39,013 nucleotides of DNA from Acidimicrobiales bacterium (GCA_035497855.1 DATKAS010000189.1:1-39013); one strand, 5' to 3'. Numbered from the stretch's first letter, positions 16,797 through 25,892 are shown. Notes: a model not told the origin generated them from the sequence alone. Translations and numbers: made by a program.

Positions 16797-17366
16797 TCAT
16801 CGGAGCGCGGCGACGGCGGGGTGATCGAGGTCCGCGGGCAGGTCGACGTCCCAGCCGAGACCGGGCTCACGCACGACCCGGAGCGCGAGGCCGAGCCGCC
16901 GAGCCTCCGCGGCGTGACGTCGGAACGAGCCAGGTCCGTAGCTGAACTCGAAGCCCGACGCGCTCGGGACGCAGACGACGTTGGTGCCGTCATCGCGCCG
17001 GTCAGGCACGATCGTCACGCCGTCGTGCTGCGCCGGCCACGCGAGGTCGACGGCGAGCGGCAAGTCGGCGTGGGCGACCACGACACGCTCGATGCCGGTG
17101 TCGCGGAGCGCGGCGACGCCGTCCGCCACCGCTCCGTTGAGCCCGAGCCCCGGTCGCCAGATCACGTCGGCACCTGCGTTGCGTGCCCAGCGGGCGACCT
17201 CGTCGTCATCACACACGACGAAGGCGGGCAGTGGGCCGGCCGCGGCGACGACAGCCTCTGCCATGCGGCGCGCGAGCGCGCTGCGCGCGTCGGCATCGAG
17301 AGCGGGAGCGAGTCGCAGCTTCGCGTCTCGAAAGCTCTTGACGGGCACGAGCACCGCGGCGCGCAC
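16797..17366 (-). CDS. fbiD: 2-phospho-L-lactate/phosphoenolpyruvate guanylyltransferase (F420 biosynthesis, CofC/FbiD)
   Basis: VRAAVLVPVKSFRDAKLRLAPAL...VVCDDDEVARWA...VVVAHADLPL...IVPDRRDDGTNV. This is only the C-terminal 189 aa of the 678-aa tracked ORF; the rest is antisense shadow. GTG at 17364-17366. Confidence 0.75.
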   Translation of the reverse strand: MRAAVLVPVKSFRDAKLRLAPALDADARSALARRMAEAVVAAAGPLPAFVVCDDDEVARWARNAGADVIWRPGLGLNGAVADGVAALRDTGIERVVVAHADLPLAVDLAWPAQHDGVTIVPDRRDDGTNVVCVPSASGFEFSYGPGSFRRHAAEARRLGLALRVVREPGLGWDVDLPADLDHPAVAALR

Positions 17367-17378
17367 CGCGGCGAGTCT

Positions 17379-18539
17379 ATGGTCAGCCGGATGCCGCTCC
17401 GCAGAGCTGTGGGCGTGCTCGGACGGGCGGAGACAGCAGAGGTCGACGAGCACGGCACGATCCACGGCGTGGGTGACTCGTGGCGCGTCGGATGGTCGGT
17501 CGGCGACGTCGAGGGGCGCTGGCGCGATCCGGAGGTCGACGCGTCTGTGCGTTGGCGCGCGATCGACGACACCCCTGTGTTCGAGACGGCGATGCGGGTG
17601 AACGGTGGTGACGTGCGCCAGCGGGTGCTCGGCGCGGTGGACCGCGACGAGGTCTTCGTCGCCGTCGAAGTCGAGAACGACTCCCCGCACCCGATCGCGG
17701 TCGCGTTCTCGCGAGATGACAGCTCGCCGCCGTTGGTGACGGCTCGGCGTCCTCCTGCCGAGCCCGACGTCTTCCCCCTTCCGCACCGCGCTGTGCTTCG
17801 TGTCGCTCTGCCGCTCTCCTCGCCGAGCGGCGCGTGGTCCGAGCGCATGCCGACGGCCGCGCAGGTGTCCGCGGGCTGGCGAGCCGTTCGTGAGCGAGGT
17901 GAGCGCCTCGATGTGCCGGGTCCTTGGGCGGGACAGTTCGCGCTCGCACACGCGCAGCTGCTGCTCACCTGGCGCGGCGATCCCTCTGCCAGGCTCCTCG
18001 CAGAAGGCGCCCGATGGCGACTCGCGCACGACTCGCGCGCAGCCTCGCATGCGGAGGTCGCGGTGCTCGCGCAGCGTGTCGCCGACCACTGTCGAGCTGA
18101 TCCGACCGCGCGCGATCGAGCCGCGCTCGTCGAGGCTCGAGCACTCCTGTCGGCGCTTCGCGACGAGCGTGCTGCTGCGGACGTCGGTCGCGTGCTCGAC
18201 CTCGTCCGCGGGCTCGTCCCGGACGAGCCATCCGACGCTGCGAGCGTCGTCGCGCAGGGTCGGGCGATGGTCGTGGGCGATCAACCCCGTCGGGTCGTCG
18301 ATCTGCTTCCTGCGGCAGCGGAGTGGGAAGGCGCCGACCTCGCAGTGCACCACATCCCGTCGCGGTGGGGTGAGGTGTCGTTCGCGGTGCGTTGGCACGG
18401 CATGCGGCCGGCGTTGCTGTGGGAGGTCGAGCCGGATGGCCGCGGCCCGGTGACCGTGCGCGCTTCGGCGCTCGACCCAGCGTGGCGAAGTGACGAGCGC
18501 AGCGGCGAGGCGCTGCTCGCAGGGGTCAGCGCAACCTGA
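17379..18539 (+). CDS. Hypothetical protein (386 aa, soluble, no recognisable motif)
   Basis: Protein-like composition from MVSRMPLRRAVGVLG... to ...GEALLAGVSAT, unlike the Arg/Ser/Cys-rich opposite-strand frame. The start (ATG 17379 or 17391) is uncertain. Overlaps the GH38 3' end by 14 nt. Confidence 0.55.
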   Translation: MVSRMPLRRAVGVLGRAETAEVDEHGTIHGVGDSWRVGWSVGDVEGRWRDPEVDASVRWRAIDDTPVFETAMRVNGGDVRQRVLGAVDRDEVFVAVEVENDSPHPIAVAFSRDDSSPPLVTARRPPAEPDVFPLPHRAVLRVALPLSSPSGAWSERMPTAAQVSAGWRAVRERGERLDVPGPWAGQFALAHAQLLLTWRGDPSARLLAEGARWRLAHDSRAASHAEVAVLAQRVADHCRADPTARDRAALVEARALLSALRDERAAADVGRVLDLVRGLVPDEPSDAASVVAQGRAMVVGDQPRRVVDLLPAAAEWEGADLAVHHIPSRWGEVSFAVRWHGMRPALLWEVEPDGRGPVTVRASALDPAWRSDERSGEALLAGVSAT

Positions 18540-21177
18540 GCGTGGCGATGCGCCACGGCCCGAGCGCGAACGATCCCTCCACGGAGTCGAGCGTGCGACC
18601 GCGGAGGTCGACGAGCCAGCCGGTGTGGTGGCCGACGTCGACTTCGACGTCGTTCGCCGTGGGGTTGAACACCCGCACCTCGAGTGCTCCGCCGACCCGG
18701 CGCACCGACGACACCTCCGCGCCGCTGATGCGGAGCATGTCACCCACGTCGGACCAATCCCCCTGTCCTTGCCCCACCGCGACCTGCAACGGGACGAACG
18801 CGTCGTCGGCCATCGCGTAGGGGTCCACGTCACCGAGCGCGACGACGTACCGCCACGAGTGGCGGCCGAGCACCTGCGATCCCTCCAACTCGACGATCGG
18901 TCCGGCGGGAAGGGCGCGGAGCGCCATCGGGCCGCGAGAGAGAAACCCGGTCGCTCGAAGCAACGTCAGCGCGAGGGCGCGTGCGCCACCCTCGCGGACG
19001 TCGACGAGCTCGTATTCGGTGATCCCTTCGTGCGCGACCGTCAGGCACCCGGCCTGCACGAAGCGGCGGGACGGGAACGTCGGGAGGCCGACCTCGGTCG
19101 GACCCCCTTCTGCGGTCAGCCCCCGCTCCACGACCGCGAACGCGCACTCGGCGTTCGAGCTCATCGCAGGGACGGGCAACGGGAACCAGGCCCGGAGTCG
19201 ATGGTCACGGCATTGGTTGTCGAGCTCGACGGTGACCCGAGCGAACCGCTCGCCCGCCCGCAGCTCGATCAGCGTCTCCACCGTGATGTCACGTCCTCGA
19301 GTTCGTTCGCCGTCCTCGACACGCTCCGGCCAGTGGTATCGCGCGGTCATGAGGAGCGCACCGCGCAGCGGGCCGTGCTCGAGGGTCAGCACCGTGCACG
19401 AGTCGGGCCAGTCGACCACCGAATCGAACGGTGGGGGCGAGTAGTTGTACGTGTCGCCCTCGTCGCCGTCGTCGACCAGTCGGCCGAGCCCAGCGACAGA
19501 CATGCCGTCGGCGTTCGTCAACGAGAAGGTCGCCGACGTGGCGTCGACCTCGATGGTGACGAGCCCGTTCGACAGGCTCGGCGCGGCCAGCACGGCATCA
19601 CCGGCGACGACCTCGGGCACGTCGAGAGGAGCGGCTTCCACAGGACGCCACCCGAACCCCGGCACGTCGACGGCGCGCACGAGCAGGCTCGTGCGCGCGG
19701 GCTCGTGCAGGTGGTAGCGGAAGGTGGCAGTGGGATCCGCTGCCGCGAGCTCGGCGATGTGGGCCTTCACGGGTTGGGTCACGAGCCGCGGCGCGCCGGG
19801 CGCGGCGTACGAACGGACGTCGACCGAGCCGTCGTCGTGGCGCTCGACGTCGACGTGGTACAGGCCGTGGGTCCACTCGATCACGTCGCGGAGCACCGCT
19901 GCCGCGTTCGCGGCGGGCATCGTCCACATCAGCCGCGCACCGCCCAGATGACCGACGACTTGACCGTGCTCGTTGACAGCGTCGTCGTCGACCGTGATGG
20001 TGACGAGGCCGCTGCGAGCACGATGCGTGGGGTTGACGGCCACCGAACCCTGATGCGCGAGGTTCGCGCCGAGCGCGCGCACCGCGCGATGGGTGAGACC
20101 GTCCGCGATCTGGCGAGCCTGCGCGAAGCGGTGCAGCACGGTGTCGCACACCTCGTCGACCGAGCACGCGCAGATCGAGTCGTGCGCCGCGTTGCGGATC
20201 ACCTCGAGCCACGCTTCGTCCAAGAGCGCGGCAGGCCAGCGGTCCGCGGGGAGCAGCAGCGCGCTCAACGGTTCCGCCAGGCGTTCGAGGGCCCGCTCGG
20301 TGATCGCCGCGGCCCGTCGCACGTCGGCGCGGTTCGACGCGACACCCATCAGGAGGTTGGCGCGCGACCCGGAGCGGAGCTCGCCCTGCCAGGTCGGCAG
20401 GCCGGCGGTGGGTGCGCCCGCGAGGTAGGAGGGAAGCGAGGTCACCTCTATGTCGAGCTCGTCCTGCAGCGCGTTCGCCTCCGACACCACCTGGCCGAGG
20501 AAGGCCTGCGGCGCAAGGTGATCGGAGCCGTTCATGATCAAGATCGGCGCGTCGTCGTCGAAGAGGTCGTGCTGCGACTCGATCCATCCGTTCAGCCGCT
20601 CGAGCAGCGACTTCGCGTCGTCGGGGAGCGTGGCCCCGTTGCCGTAGCCGGCCGGGAGGTACTCGGCGCGCACCGTGCTGCCGTCGGGGCTCGACCACCA
20701 GAACGCGGTGCGCTGCACGGCGCTCGGCACGCCGCGCCACACGACCGCGTCCGCGAACCCGAACTGACGCAGCAGCTGGGGCATCTGCGCGATGTGCCCG
20801 AACATGTCGGGCAGGTAGCCGACCTGCATCGCTCCGCCGAAGCGGGCCGCGCGGTCGAGGCCGAGCTGGAGGTCGCGGATGATCGTCTCGCCCGACACGA
20901 GGAACTCGTCCATGAGCACGTACCAAGGGCCCATCGCGAGACGGCCGGTGGCGGCGAGGCGACGCAGCGGCTCCTCGGCCTGCGGACGGACTGCGAGGTA
21001 GTCGTCGACGACTGCCATCTGGCCGTCGAGCAGGAAGTGCGCGTACGCCGGGTCGGCCTCGAGTCGGGGAAGCAGGTCGTCGAGCAGATCGACGAGGCGG
21101 AGGCGAAAGGTCTGGAAGGGCGAGTACCACTCGCGATCCCAGTGGGTGTGCGGGACAACTGCCACTCGTCTCGCCAT
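18526..21177 (-). CDS. Glycoside hydrolase family 38 protein (alpha-mannosidase / mannosylglycerate hydrolase-like)
   Basis: 883 aa. N-terminal VVPHTHWDREWYSPFQ...GPWYVLMDEFLVSGE...GYLPDMFGH is diagnostic of the GH38 catalytic domain. Confidence 0.85.
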   Translation of the reverse strand: MARRVAVVPHTHWDREWYSPFQTFRLRLVDLLDDLLPRLEADPAYAHFLLDGQMAVVDDYLAVRPQAEEPLRRLAATGRLAMGPWYVLMDEFLVSGETIIRDLQLGLDRAARFGGAMQVGYLPDMFGHIAQMPQLLRQFGFADAVVWRGVPSAVQRTAFWWSSPDGSTVRAEYLPAGYGNGATLPDDAKSLLERLNGWIESQHDLFDDDAPILIMNGSDHLAPQAFLGQVVSEANALQDELDIEVTSLPSYLAGAPTAGLPTWQGELRSGSRANLLMGVASNRADVRRAAAITERALERLAEPLSALLLPADRWPAALLDEAWLEVIRNAAHDSICACSVDEVCDTVLHRFAQARQIADGLTHRAVRALGANLAHQGSVAVNPTHRARSGLVTITVDDDAVNEHGQVVGHLGGARLMWTMPAANAAAVLRDVIEWTHGLYHVDVERHDDGSVDVRSYAAPGAPRLVTQPVKAHIAELAAADPTATFRYHLHEPARTSLLVRAVDVPGFGWRPVEAAPLDVPEVVAGDAVLAAPSLSNGLVTIEVDATSATFSLTNADGMSVAGLGRLVDDGDEGDTYNYSPPPFDSVVDWPDSCTVLTLEHGPLRGALLMTARYHWPERVEDGERTRGRDITVETLIELRAGERFARVTVELDNQCRDHRLRAWFPLPVPAMSSNAECAFAVVERGLTAEGGPTEVGLPTFPSRRFVQAGCLTVAHEGITEYELVDVREGGARALALTLLRATGFLSRGPMALRALPAGPIVELEGSQVLGRHSWRYVVALGDVDPYAMADDAFVPLQVAVGQGQGDWSDVGDMLRISGAEVSSVRRVGGALEVRVFNPTANDVEVDVGHHTGWLVDLRGRTLDSVEGSFALGPWRIATLRLR

Positions 21178-21237
21178 GTCGCCAAGTTAACGCCGTTGGA
21201 GCGCGCCCGACGCCGGCGCGACGCCTAGTTTGCAGTC

Positions 21238-21645
21238 GTGCGCGTCGCGTTCGGCACTGACGAGCAAACAGCGGTGACCGACGCGATCGTCGCGCTCCTC
21301 ACGGACCGTGGGCACGATGTCGACGTCGTCGCGCTCGGCGAGCCGTGGCCCGACGTGGGCCGGCTCGTCGGGGAGGCCGTGGCGTCGGGCAGCTGCGATC
21401 GAGGCGTCGTGTGCTGCTGGACGGGCACCGGGGTGAGCATCGCCGCGAACAAGGTGCCCCGCATCCGGGCCGCGCTCTGCACGGATGCCGTGACCGCGGA
21501 GGGCGCGCGGCGGTGGAACGACGCGAACGTCCTCGCAATGGGCCTTCGGCTCACGTCATCGGTCGTCGCGGCCGAGATGGTCGACGCCTTTCTCACGACT
21601 GACGTCGAACGAGCGGAGCTCGCGAACATCGAGAGGGTGCCATGA
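21238..21645 (+). CDS. rpiB: Ribose-5-phosphate isomerase B family (RpiB/LacA/LacB)
   Basis: VVCCWTGTGVSIAANKVPRIRAALCTD...ARRWNDANVLAMG. GTG start. Confidence 0.8.
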   Translation: MRVAFGTDEQTAVTDAIVALLTDRGHDVDVVALGEPWPDVGRLVGEAVASGSCDRGVVCCWTGTGVSIAANKVPRIRAALCTDAVTAEGARRWNDANVLAMGLRLTSSVVAAEMVDAFLTTDVERAELANIERVP

Positions 21646-22658
21646 CCGATCTCGACGAGTCCCGCGTGCGACTCACGGAGTGGACCACGTGCGGCGGTTG
21701 CGCGGCCAAGTGGGGAGCGGCACCGCTGTCTGCGTTGGTGCGAGAGCTCGTCTCGGAAGCCGATGCCCAGCTGCTCGTCGGCCTCGCGCCGTTCGACGAC
21801 GCGGCTGTCTACAAGGTGACCGAGGACCTCGCGATCGTCTCGACGACCGACTTCTTCCCGCCGCTCGTCGACGATCCTGCCGACTTCGGAGCGATCGCAG
21901 CGGCCAACGCCTGCAGCGACGTGTTCGCGATGGGTGGTCGGGTCGTGATGGCGCTGAACATCTCCGCCTTCCCCGAGCGGATGCCGGTCGAGGCCATCGG
22001 CGCGATCCTCTCCGCGGCGGCCGAGGTCGTGCGCGAGGCGGGCGGCGTCGTCGCCGGCGGGCACACGATCCGCTCCGAGGAGCCGATCTTCGGGCTCGCG
22101 GTGCAGGGTCTCGTGCACCCGGACCGGATCTTCACGAAGGCGGGCGCGCGGCCCGGCGACCTGCTCGTGCTGTCGAAGCCTCTCGGCACCGGCATCGTGC
22201 TCGCGGGCGGCACCGAGGACGAGAAGGCCAGTGCGATCGCGCGCATGAAGGTGCTCAACCGGTCGGCGTCCGAGGCGCTGTCAGCGATGGGCGATGCCGT
22301 CCATGCCGTCACCGACGTCACGGGGTTCGGCCTCGCCGGGCACGGCTGGGAGATGGCGGAGCGCTCCGGCTCGCGGCTCGTGTTCGATGTCGCTCGACTT
22401 CCGTTCTACGAGGGCGCACTCTCCGCGGCGAAGGCGGGCACGCGCACCGGCGGCGACGCTCGCAATCGCGAGCATCTGCACGACCGAGTCGACTCGACGG
22501 CGCCCCCCGAGGTCGAGGCGCTGTGCTTCGATCCGCAGACTTCCGGAGGACTCCTCGCGTCGATCGCCCCGGCCGCGTCCGACGCGGCGGAGGCCGTGGG
22601 GTTCACGATCGTCGGCGAGGTGGTCGCGGGGCCCGCCGGAGTCACGTTGCGCGCCTGA
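21642..22658 (+). CDS. selD: Selenide, water dikinase (selenophosphate synthetase), Cys-type
   Basis: N-terminal LTEWTTCGGCAAKWG places Cys three residues before Lys, as in the SelD glycine-rich loop. AIR-synthase-like body with VTDVTGFGLAGHGWEMA. ATGA overlap with rpiB. Confidence 0.75.
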   Translation: MTDLDESRVRLTEWTTCGGCAAKWGAAPLSALVRELVSEADAQLLVGLAPFDDAAVYKVTEDLAIVSTTDFFPPLVDDPADFGAIAAANACSDVFAMGGRVVMALNISAFPERMPVEAIGAILSAAAEVVREAGGVVAGGHTIRSEEPIFGLAVQGLVHPDRIFTKAGARPGDLLVLSKPLGTGIVLAGGTEDEKASAIARMKVLNRSASEALSAMGDAVHAVTDVTGFGLAGHGWEMAERSGSRLVFDVARLPFYEGALSAAKAGTRTGGDARNREHLHDRVDSTAPPEVEALCFDPQTSGGLLASIAPAASDAAEAVGFTIVGEVVAGPAGVTLRA

Positions 22659-23335
22659 TGCGCACACGCCCGCCCTCCCTCAGCGTCGAGCGCGAGCTCT
22701 GGGACGCCGGCCACGAGGTCGTGGTCGGCGTGGACGAGGTGGGTCGCGGTGCGTGGGCCGGGCCGTTGTCGGTCGGTGCAGCCGTGCTCCCGCGCGATCG
22801 GCGCGTCTACAAGGTGCGTGACTCGAAGCAGCTCACCGAGGCCGAGCGGGAGAAGCTGTTCGCGCGGCTCGCGGCCTGGTGTGTCACGTGGGCAGTCGGA
22901 CATGCGTCGCAGGCCGAGTGCGACGAGATCGGGATGGCGGACGCGCAGCGCCTTGCCGCGCAGCGCGCGATCGAGGAGCTCGGCGTCGTTCCCGACGCGA
23001 TCGTCGTCGACGGCAAGTGGGACTTCGTCTCGCGCGCCGCGCCCGACGCCGAGATCCATCGCATCGTGAAGGCGGACGCGAAGTGCTTGACGGTGTCGGC
23101 CGCATCGGTGCTCGCGAAGGTCACGCGCGACCGCATCATGCGTGCAGAGTCGGAGCACTTCCCGGGATACGACTTCGACGCGAACAAGGGCTACCCGTGC
23201 CCGAGGCACAAGGCAGCCCTTGCCGCGTGGGGCCCCACGTCGATCCATCGCCGCACGTGGGTGTTCATGGATCACCTGCCCTGGCCGGGGATGCGGGTCT
23301 TCCGGCCCGAGCAGGCACAATTGTTCGAGGCGTGA
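22658..23335 (+). CDS. rnhB: Ribonuclease HII
   Basis: VVGVDEVGRGAWAGPLSVGAAVL...VRDSKQLT...IVVDGK...ADAKCLTVSAASVLAKVTRD...YGFDANKGY-like (PGYDFDANKGYP). The ATG at 22658 overlaps the selD TGA. Confidence 0.9.
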   Translation: MRTRPPSLSVERELWDAGHEVVVGVDEVGRGAWAGPLSVGAAVLPRDRRVYKVRDSKQLTEAEREKLFARLAAWCVTWAVGHASQAECDEIGMADAQRLAAQRAIEELGVVPDAIVVDGKWDFVSRAAPDAEIHRIVKADAKCLTVSAASVLAKVTRDRIMRAESEHFPGYDFDANKGYPCPRHKAALAAWGPTSIHRRTWVFMDHLPWPGMRVFRPEQAQLFEA

Positions 23336-23338
23336 CTG

Positions 23339-23905
23339 CTACTTCTGCAGCACGATCTCCGTCTCGATCTCGAACTGGATGTTCTTCGAGACGAGCAGGC
23401 CGCCCTTCTCGAGCGGCATGTTCCAGGTCAGTCCCCAGTCTTCGCGGTTGACCTCGCCGCGGGCGGAGAACACGGCGCGGTTGCCGCCCCACGGGTCGGT
23501 CACGACACCGCCGAGCTCGACGTCGAGGGTGATCGGCTTGGTCACGCCGCGGACCGTCAGGTCGCCGGTGACCGAGCCCTCGCTGCCTTTCCAAGCGACG
23601 TTCGTGCTCTTGAACGTGATCTGCGGGTGGCTCTCGACGTCGAAGAAGTCGGCCGACCGCAGGTGGCCGTCCCGGTCGGCGTTCCCGGTGGTCAACGAGC
23701 CCGCGTCGAGGGTGACCTCGACCGCCGAGGCGTTGGGGTCGTCGCTGATCGTGACCGAGCCGGACACGTCGGTGAACCGGCCGCGGACCTTCGTGAAGAC
23801 GAGGTGCCGGCCGATGAACTCGACCGTGGTGTGGCTGGGATCGATCGCCCAGACGCCGGCGACCGGCGTCTCGGTTCCGTCGATGGTGCGGGTGGCAGTG
23901 CTCAT
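23339..23905 (-). CDS. yceI: YceI family (polyisoprenoid-binding lipocalin-like) protein, paralogue 1
   Basis: WAIDPSHTTVEFIGRHLVFTKVRGRF...GNADRDGHLRSADFFDVESHPQITFKS...GDLTVRGVTKPITL. SD GAAGGAG upstream. Confidence 0.9.
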   Translation of the reverse strand: MSTATRTIDGTETPVAGVWAIDPSHTTVEFIGRHLVFTKVRGRFTDVSGSVTISDDPNASAVEVTLDAGSLTTGNADRDGHLRSADFFDVESHPQITFKSTNVAWKGSEGSVTGDLTVRGVTKPITLDVELGGVVTDPWGGNRAVFSARGEVNREDWGLTWNMPLEKGGLLVSKNIQFEIETEIVLQK

Positions 23906-23922
23906 GACACTCCTTCAGATGT

Positions 23923-23960
23923 GTGCGGACGCACATATAATGCGTGCGGACGCACATATA
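23923..23960. promoter_or_regulatory. Two perfect 17-nt direct repeats (GTGCGGACGCACATATA) phased 21 bp apart, each containing the palindrome GTGCG-GA-CGCAC; candidate MarR operator pair in the yceI-marR divergent intergenic region
   Basis: Copies at 23923-23939 and 23944-23960, read directly. They sit between the yceI start (23905) and the marR GTG (23996). Confidence 0.55.
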
Positions 23961-23995
23961 TTCCGGCTCACCGGATCGATCGGTAGGTTTCTCTC

Positions 23996-24442
23996 GTGGA
24001 GGAGGGTCCGGGCATCGCTGCATTCGCCGCGCTGCTGCGCGCCCACGCCGCGCTCATCCGTCGCTTGGACGACGAGCTCGTCGCCGAGGGAGGGATGTCG
24101 CTCGGGTGGTACGACGTGCTGCTCACACTCAGCCGCGCCGAGGGTCGCCGCTTGCGGATGCAGGACCTGTCAGACGCCGTCGTGCTCTCGCGCAGCCGCG
24201 TGAGCCGCATCGTCGACGAGCTCGTGCGCGTGGGGTACGTCGCGCGTGAACCCTGTGCCGCCGACCGCCGAGTCGTCTACGCGTCGATCACCCGCGAGGG
24301 TCGGCGCGCGCTCCGTAGGGCGCGCACCGTGAACGTGCGCGGCATCGAGGATCACTTCGCGTCAGTGCTGAGCGGTGACGAGCTCGAGACGATGCGCTGC
24401 GCGCTCGAGCGAGTGACGGCGGTGAACAGCTCGCGGGTCTGA
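23996..24442 (+). CDS. MarR family transcriptional regulator
   Basis: 148 aa with a winged-HTH profile: MSLGWYDVLLTLSRAEGRRLRMQDLSDAVVLSRSRVSRIVDELVRVGYVAREPCAADRRVVYASITREG. Confidence 0.85.
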   Translation: MEEGPGIAAFAALLRAHAALIRRLDDELVAEGGMSLGWYDVLLTLSRAEGRRLRMQDLSDAVVLSRSRVSRIVDELVRVGYVAREPCAADRRVVYASITREGRRALRRARTVNVRGIEDHFASVLSGDELETMRCALERVTAVNSSRV

Positions 24443-24443
24443 G

Positions 24444-25004
24444 CTACTGCTGCACGAGCTCGGTCTCGATCTCGATCTCGACCTTCTTCGACACGAGCAC
24501 GCCCCCCGCCTCGAGCGCCATGTTCCACACCAGGCCCCAGTCCTCGCGATCGACATCACCCGACGCGGAGAACGCCGCGCGGACGCCGCCCCACGGGTCG
24601 CTCACGATGCCGTTGAACGCCAGGTCGAGCGTGATCGGCTTGGTCACGTCGCGCACCGTCAGGTCGCCGACCATCCGTCCCCGCACGCCGCTCCACTCGA
24701 TCGACGTGCTCTTGAAGGTGATCGAGGGGTACTTCTCCACGTCGAAGAAGTCGGCCGACCTCAGGTGGCCGTCGCGGTCTGCGATCCCGGTGCTCACGGT
24801 CGCGGTCTCCAGGCTCACCTCGACGGTGGACTCGTTCGGGTTCTCGGCGACGACGACCGTCCCCGACATGCCCGTGAAGCGACCTCGGACCTTCGTGAAG
24901 ACGAGATGCCGGCCGATGAACTCGACAGACGTGTGGGCGGGATCGACCGTCCACACCCCGGGCTTCGGTGCTTGGATGCCGATGACACGCGTTGCGTCGC
25001 TCAT
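24444..25004 (-). CDS. yceI: YceI family protein, paralogue 2
   Basis: WTVDPAHTSVEFIGRHLVFTKVRGRF...IADRDGHLRSADFFDVEKYPSITFKS...GDLTVRDVTKPITL is closely similar to paralogue 1. ATG at 25002-25004 with GGGGAGGA upstream. The tracked ORF extends to 25472 as junk. Confidence 0.9.
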   Translation of the reverse strand: MSDATRVIGIQAPKPGVWTVDPAHTSVEFIGRHLVFTKVRGRFTGMSGTVVVAENPNESTVEVSLETATVSTGIADRDGHLRSADFFDVEKYPSITFKSTSIEWSGVRGRMVGDLTVRDVTKPITLDLAFNGIVSDPWGGVRAAFSASGDVDREDWGLVWNMALEAGGVLVSKKVEIEIETELVQQ

Positions 25005-25087
25005 GAAGTCCTCCCCAAGGACGCGAGACAGGTGCTTCCGAGCGAACCCACCCGCCGTTGCATGTATTTCCCCCGGACCGGGCTCCG

Positions 25088-25879
25088 CTATGCGAACGAA
25101 ACGGGCGCGCTGAACGCGGCGCGGCGCGATGCCCTTCGCAGCGTGAGAAGCACGGCCGGCCCGAGCACGAGGATCGCGATCGCGTTCGTGATCGCGCGGC
25201 CCACGTCCCATCCCCATGTGGACGTCGCGAGCGTGAACAGCAGGAAGCGATGGAGGTTCTCGGTGATCGGCGCGCCGGCCACGTAGGAGAGCTGGCTGCC
25301 CGTGCCGGTGGTGAACGGCCAGAACCACAGGTCGAGGAGCATCCCGTAGGCGAACGCGGACGCGGCGCCGTAGGCAGCGAGCAGCGCGATCTCGCGCCGG
25401 CCGCGCGCGGGCGGCAGCAATCCCGCCCCCATGCCGACCCACGACGCGGCGAGCATCTGGAACGGGAGCCACGGGCCGATGCCGCCTGTGATCACGGCCG
25501 AGGCGAACAGCGTCGTCGAGCCGAGCACGAAGCCGAACCCCGGCCCGTACACGCGTCCTCCGAGCACGAGGAGGAAGAACACGGTCTCGAGTCCCGCGGT
25601 GCCCGCGCCCATCGGCCGCAGCGCTGCGCCGATGGCAGAGAGGACACCGAGCATCGCGATCGCCTTCGTGTCCATGCGCCCTCCGGTCATCTCCGACAGC
25701 AGCACGGCGATGAGGCAGGGGAGGAGCGCAGCGAACAGGAAGGGCGCGTCGTGTCCGTGAGCGAGACCGCTCGGTGGTGTCACGAGGAACGGCCAGAGGA
25801 ACATCATCGAGCCCGCGGCGGACACGAGCACGAGCGCGGTGGTGGACCGCGTGCTCAAGCCGAGGAGTCGTGTCTTCAC
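25088..25879 (-). CDS. ECF transporter substrate-specific (S) component
   Basis: 263 aa, about 6 TM helices, Gly/Ala-rich. Last gene after the EcfT and EcfA-A' genes. GTG start 13 nt after the ATPase stop. Confidence 0.65.
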   Translation of the reverse strand: MKTRLLGLSTRSTTALVLVSAAGSMMFLWPFLVTPPSGLAHGHDAPFLFAALLPCLIAVLLSEMTGGRMDTKAIAMLGVLSAIGAALRPMGAGTAGLETVFFLLVLGGRVYGPGFGFVLGSTTLFASAVITGGIGPWLPFQMLAASWVGMGAGLLPPARGRREIALLAAYGAASAFAYGMLLDLWFWPFTTGTGSQLSYVAGAPITENLHRFLLFTLATSTWGWDVGRAITNAIAILVLGPAVLLTLRRASRRAAFSAPVSFA

Positions 25880-25892
25880 GCGAGGGCCGCTG

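Noticed and set aside
17367-18833. N-terminal 489 aa of the 678-aa minus-strand ORF 16797..18833
   Set aside because: Only the last 189 aa match CofC/FbiD. The upstream part is Arg/Ser/Thr/Cys-rich and overlaps both a more protein-like plus-strand frame and the GH38 3' end.
18490-21228. 912-aa plus-strand ORF
   Set aside because: It is exactly antisense to the GH38 gene, which has diagnostic motifs. Its composition is Arg/Gly/Asp/Val-rich junk.
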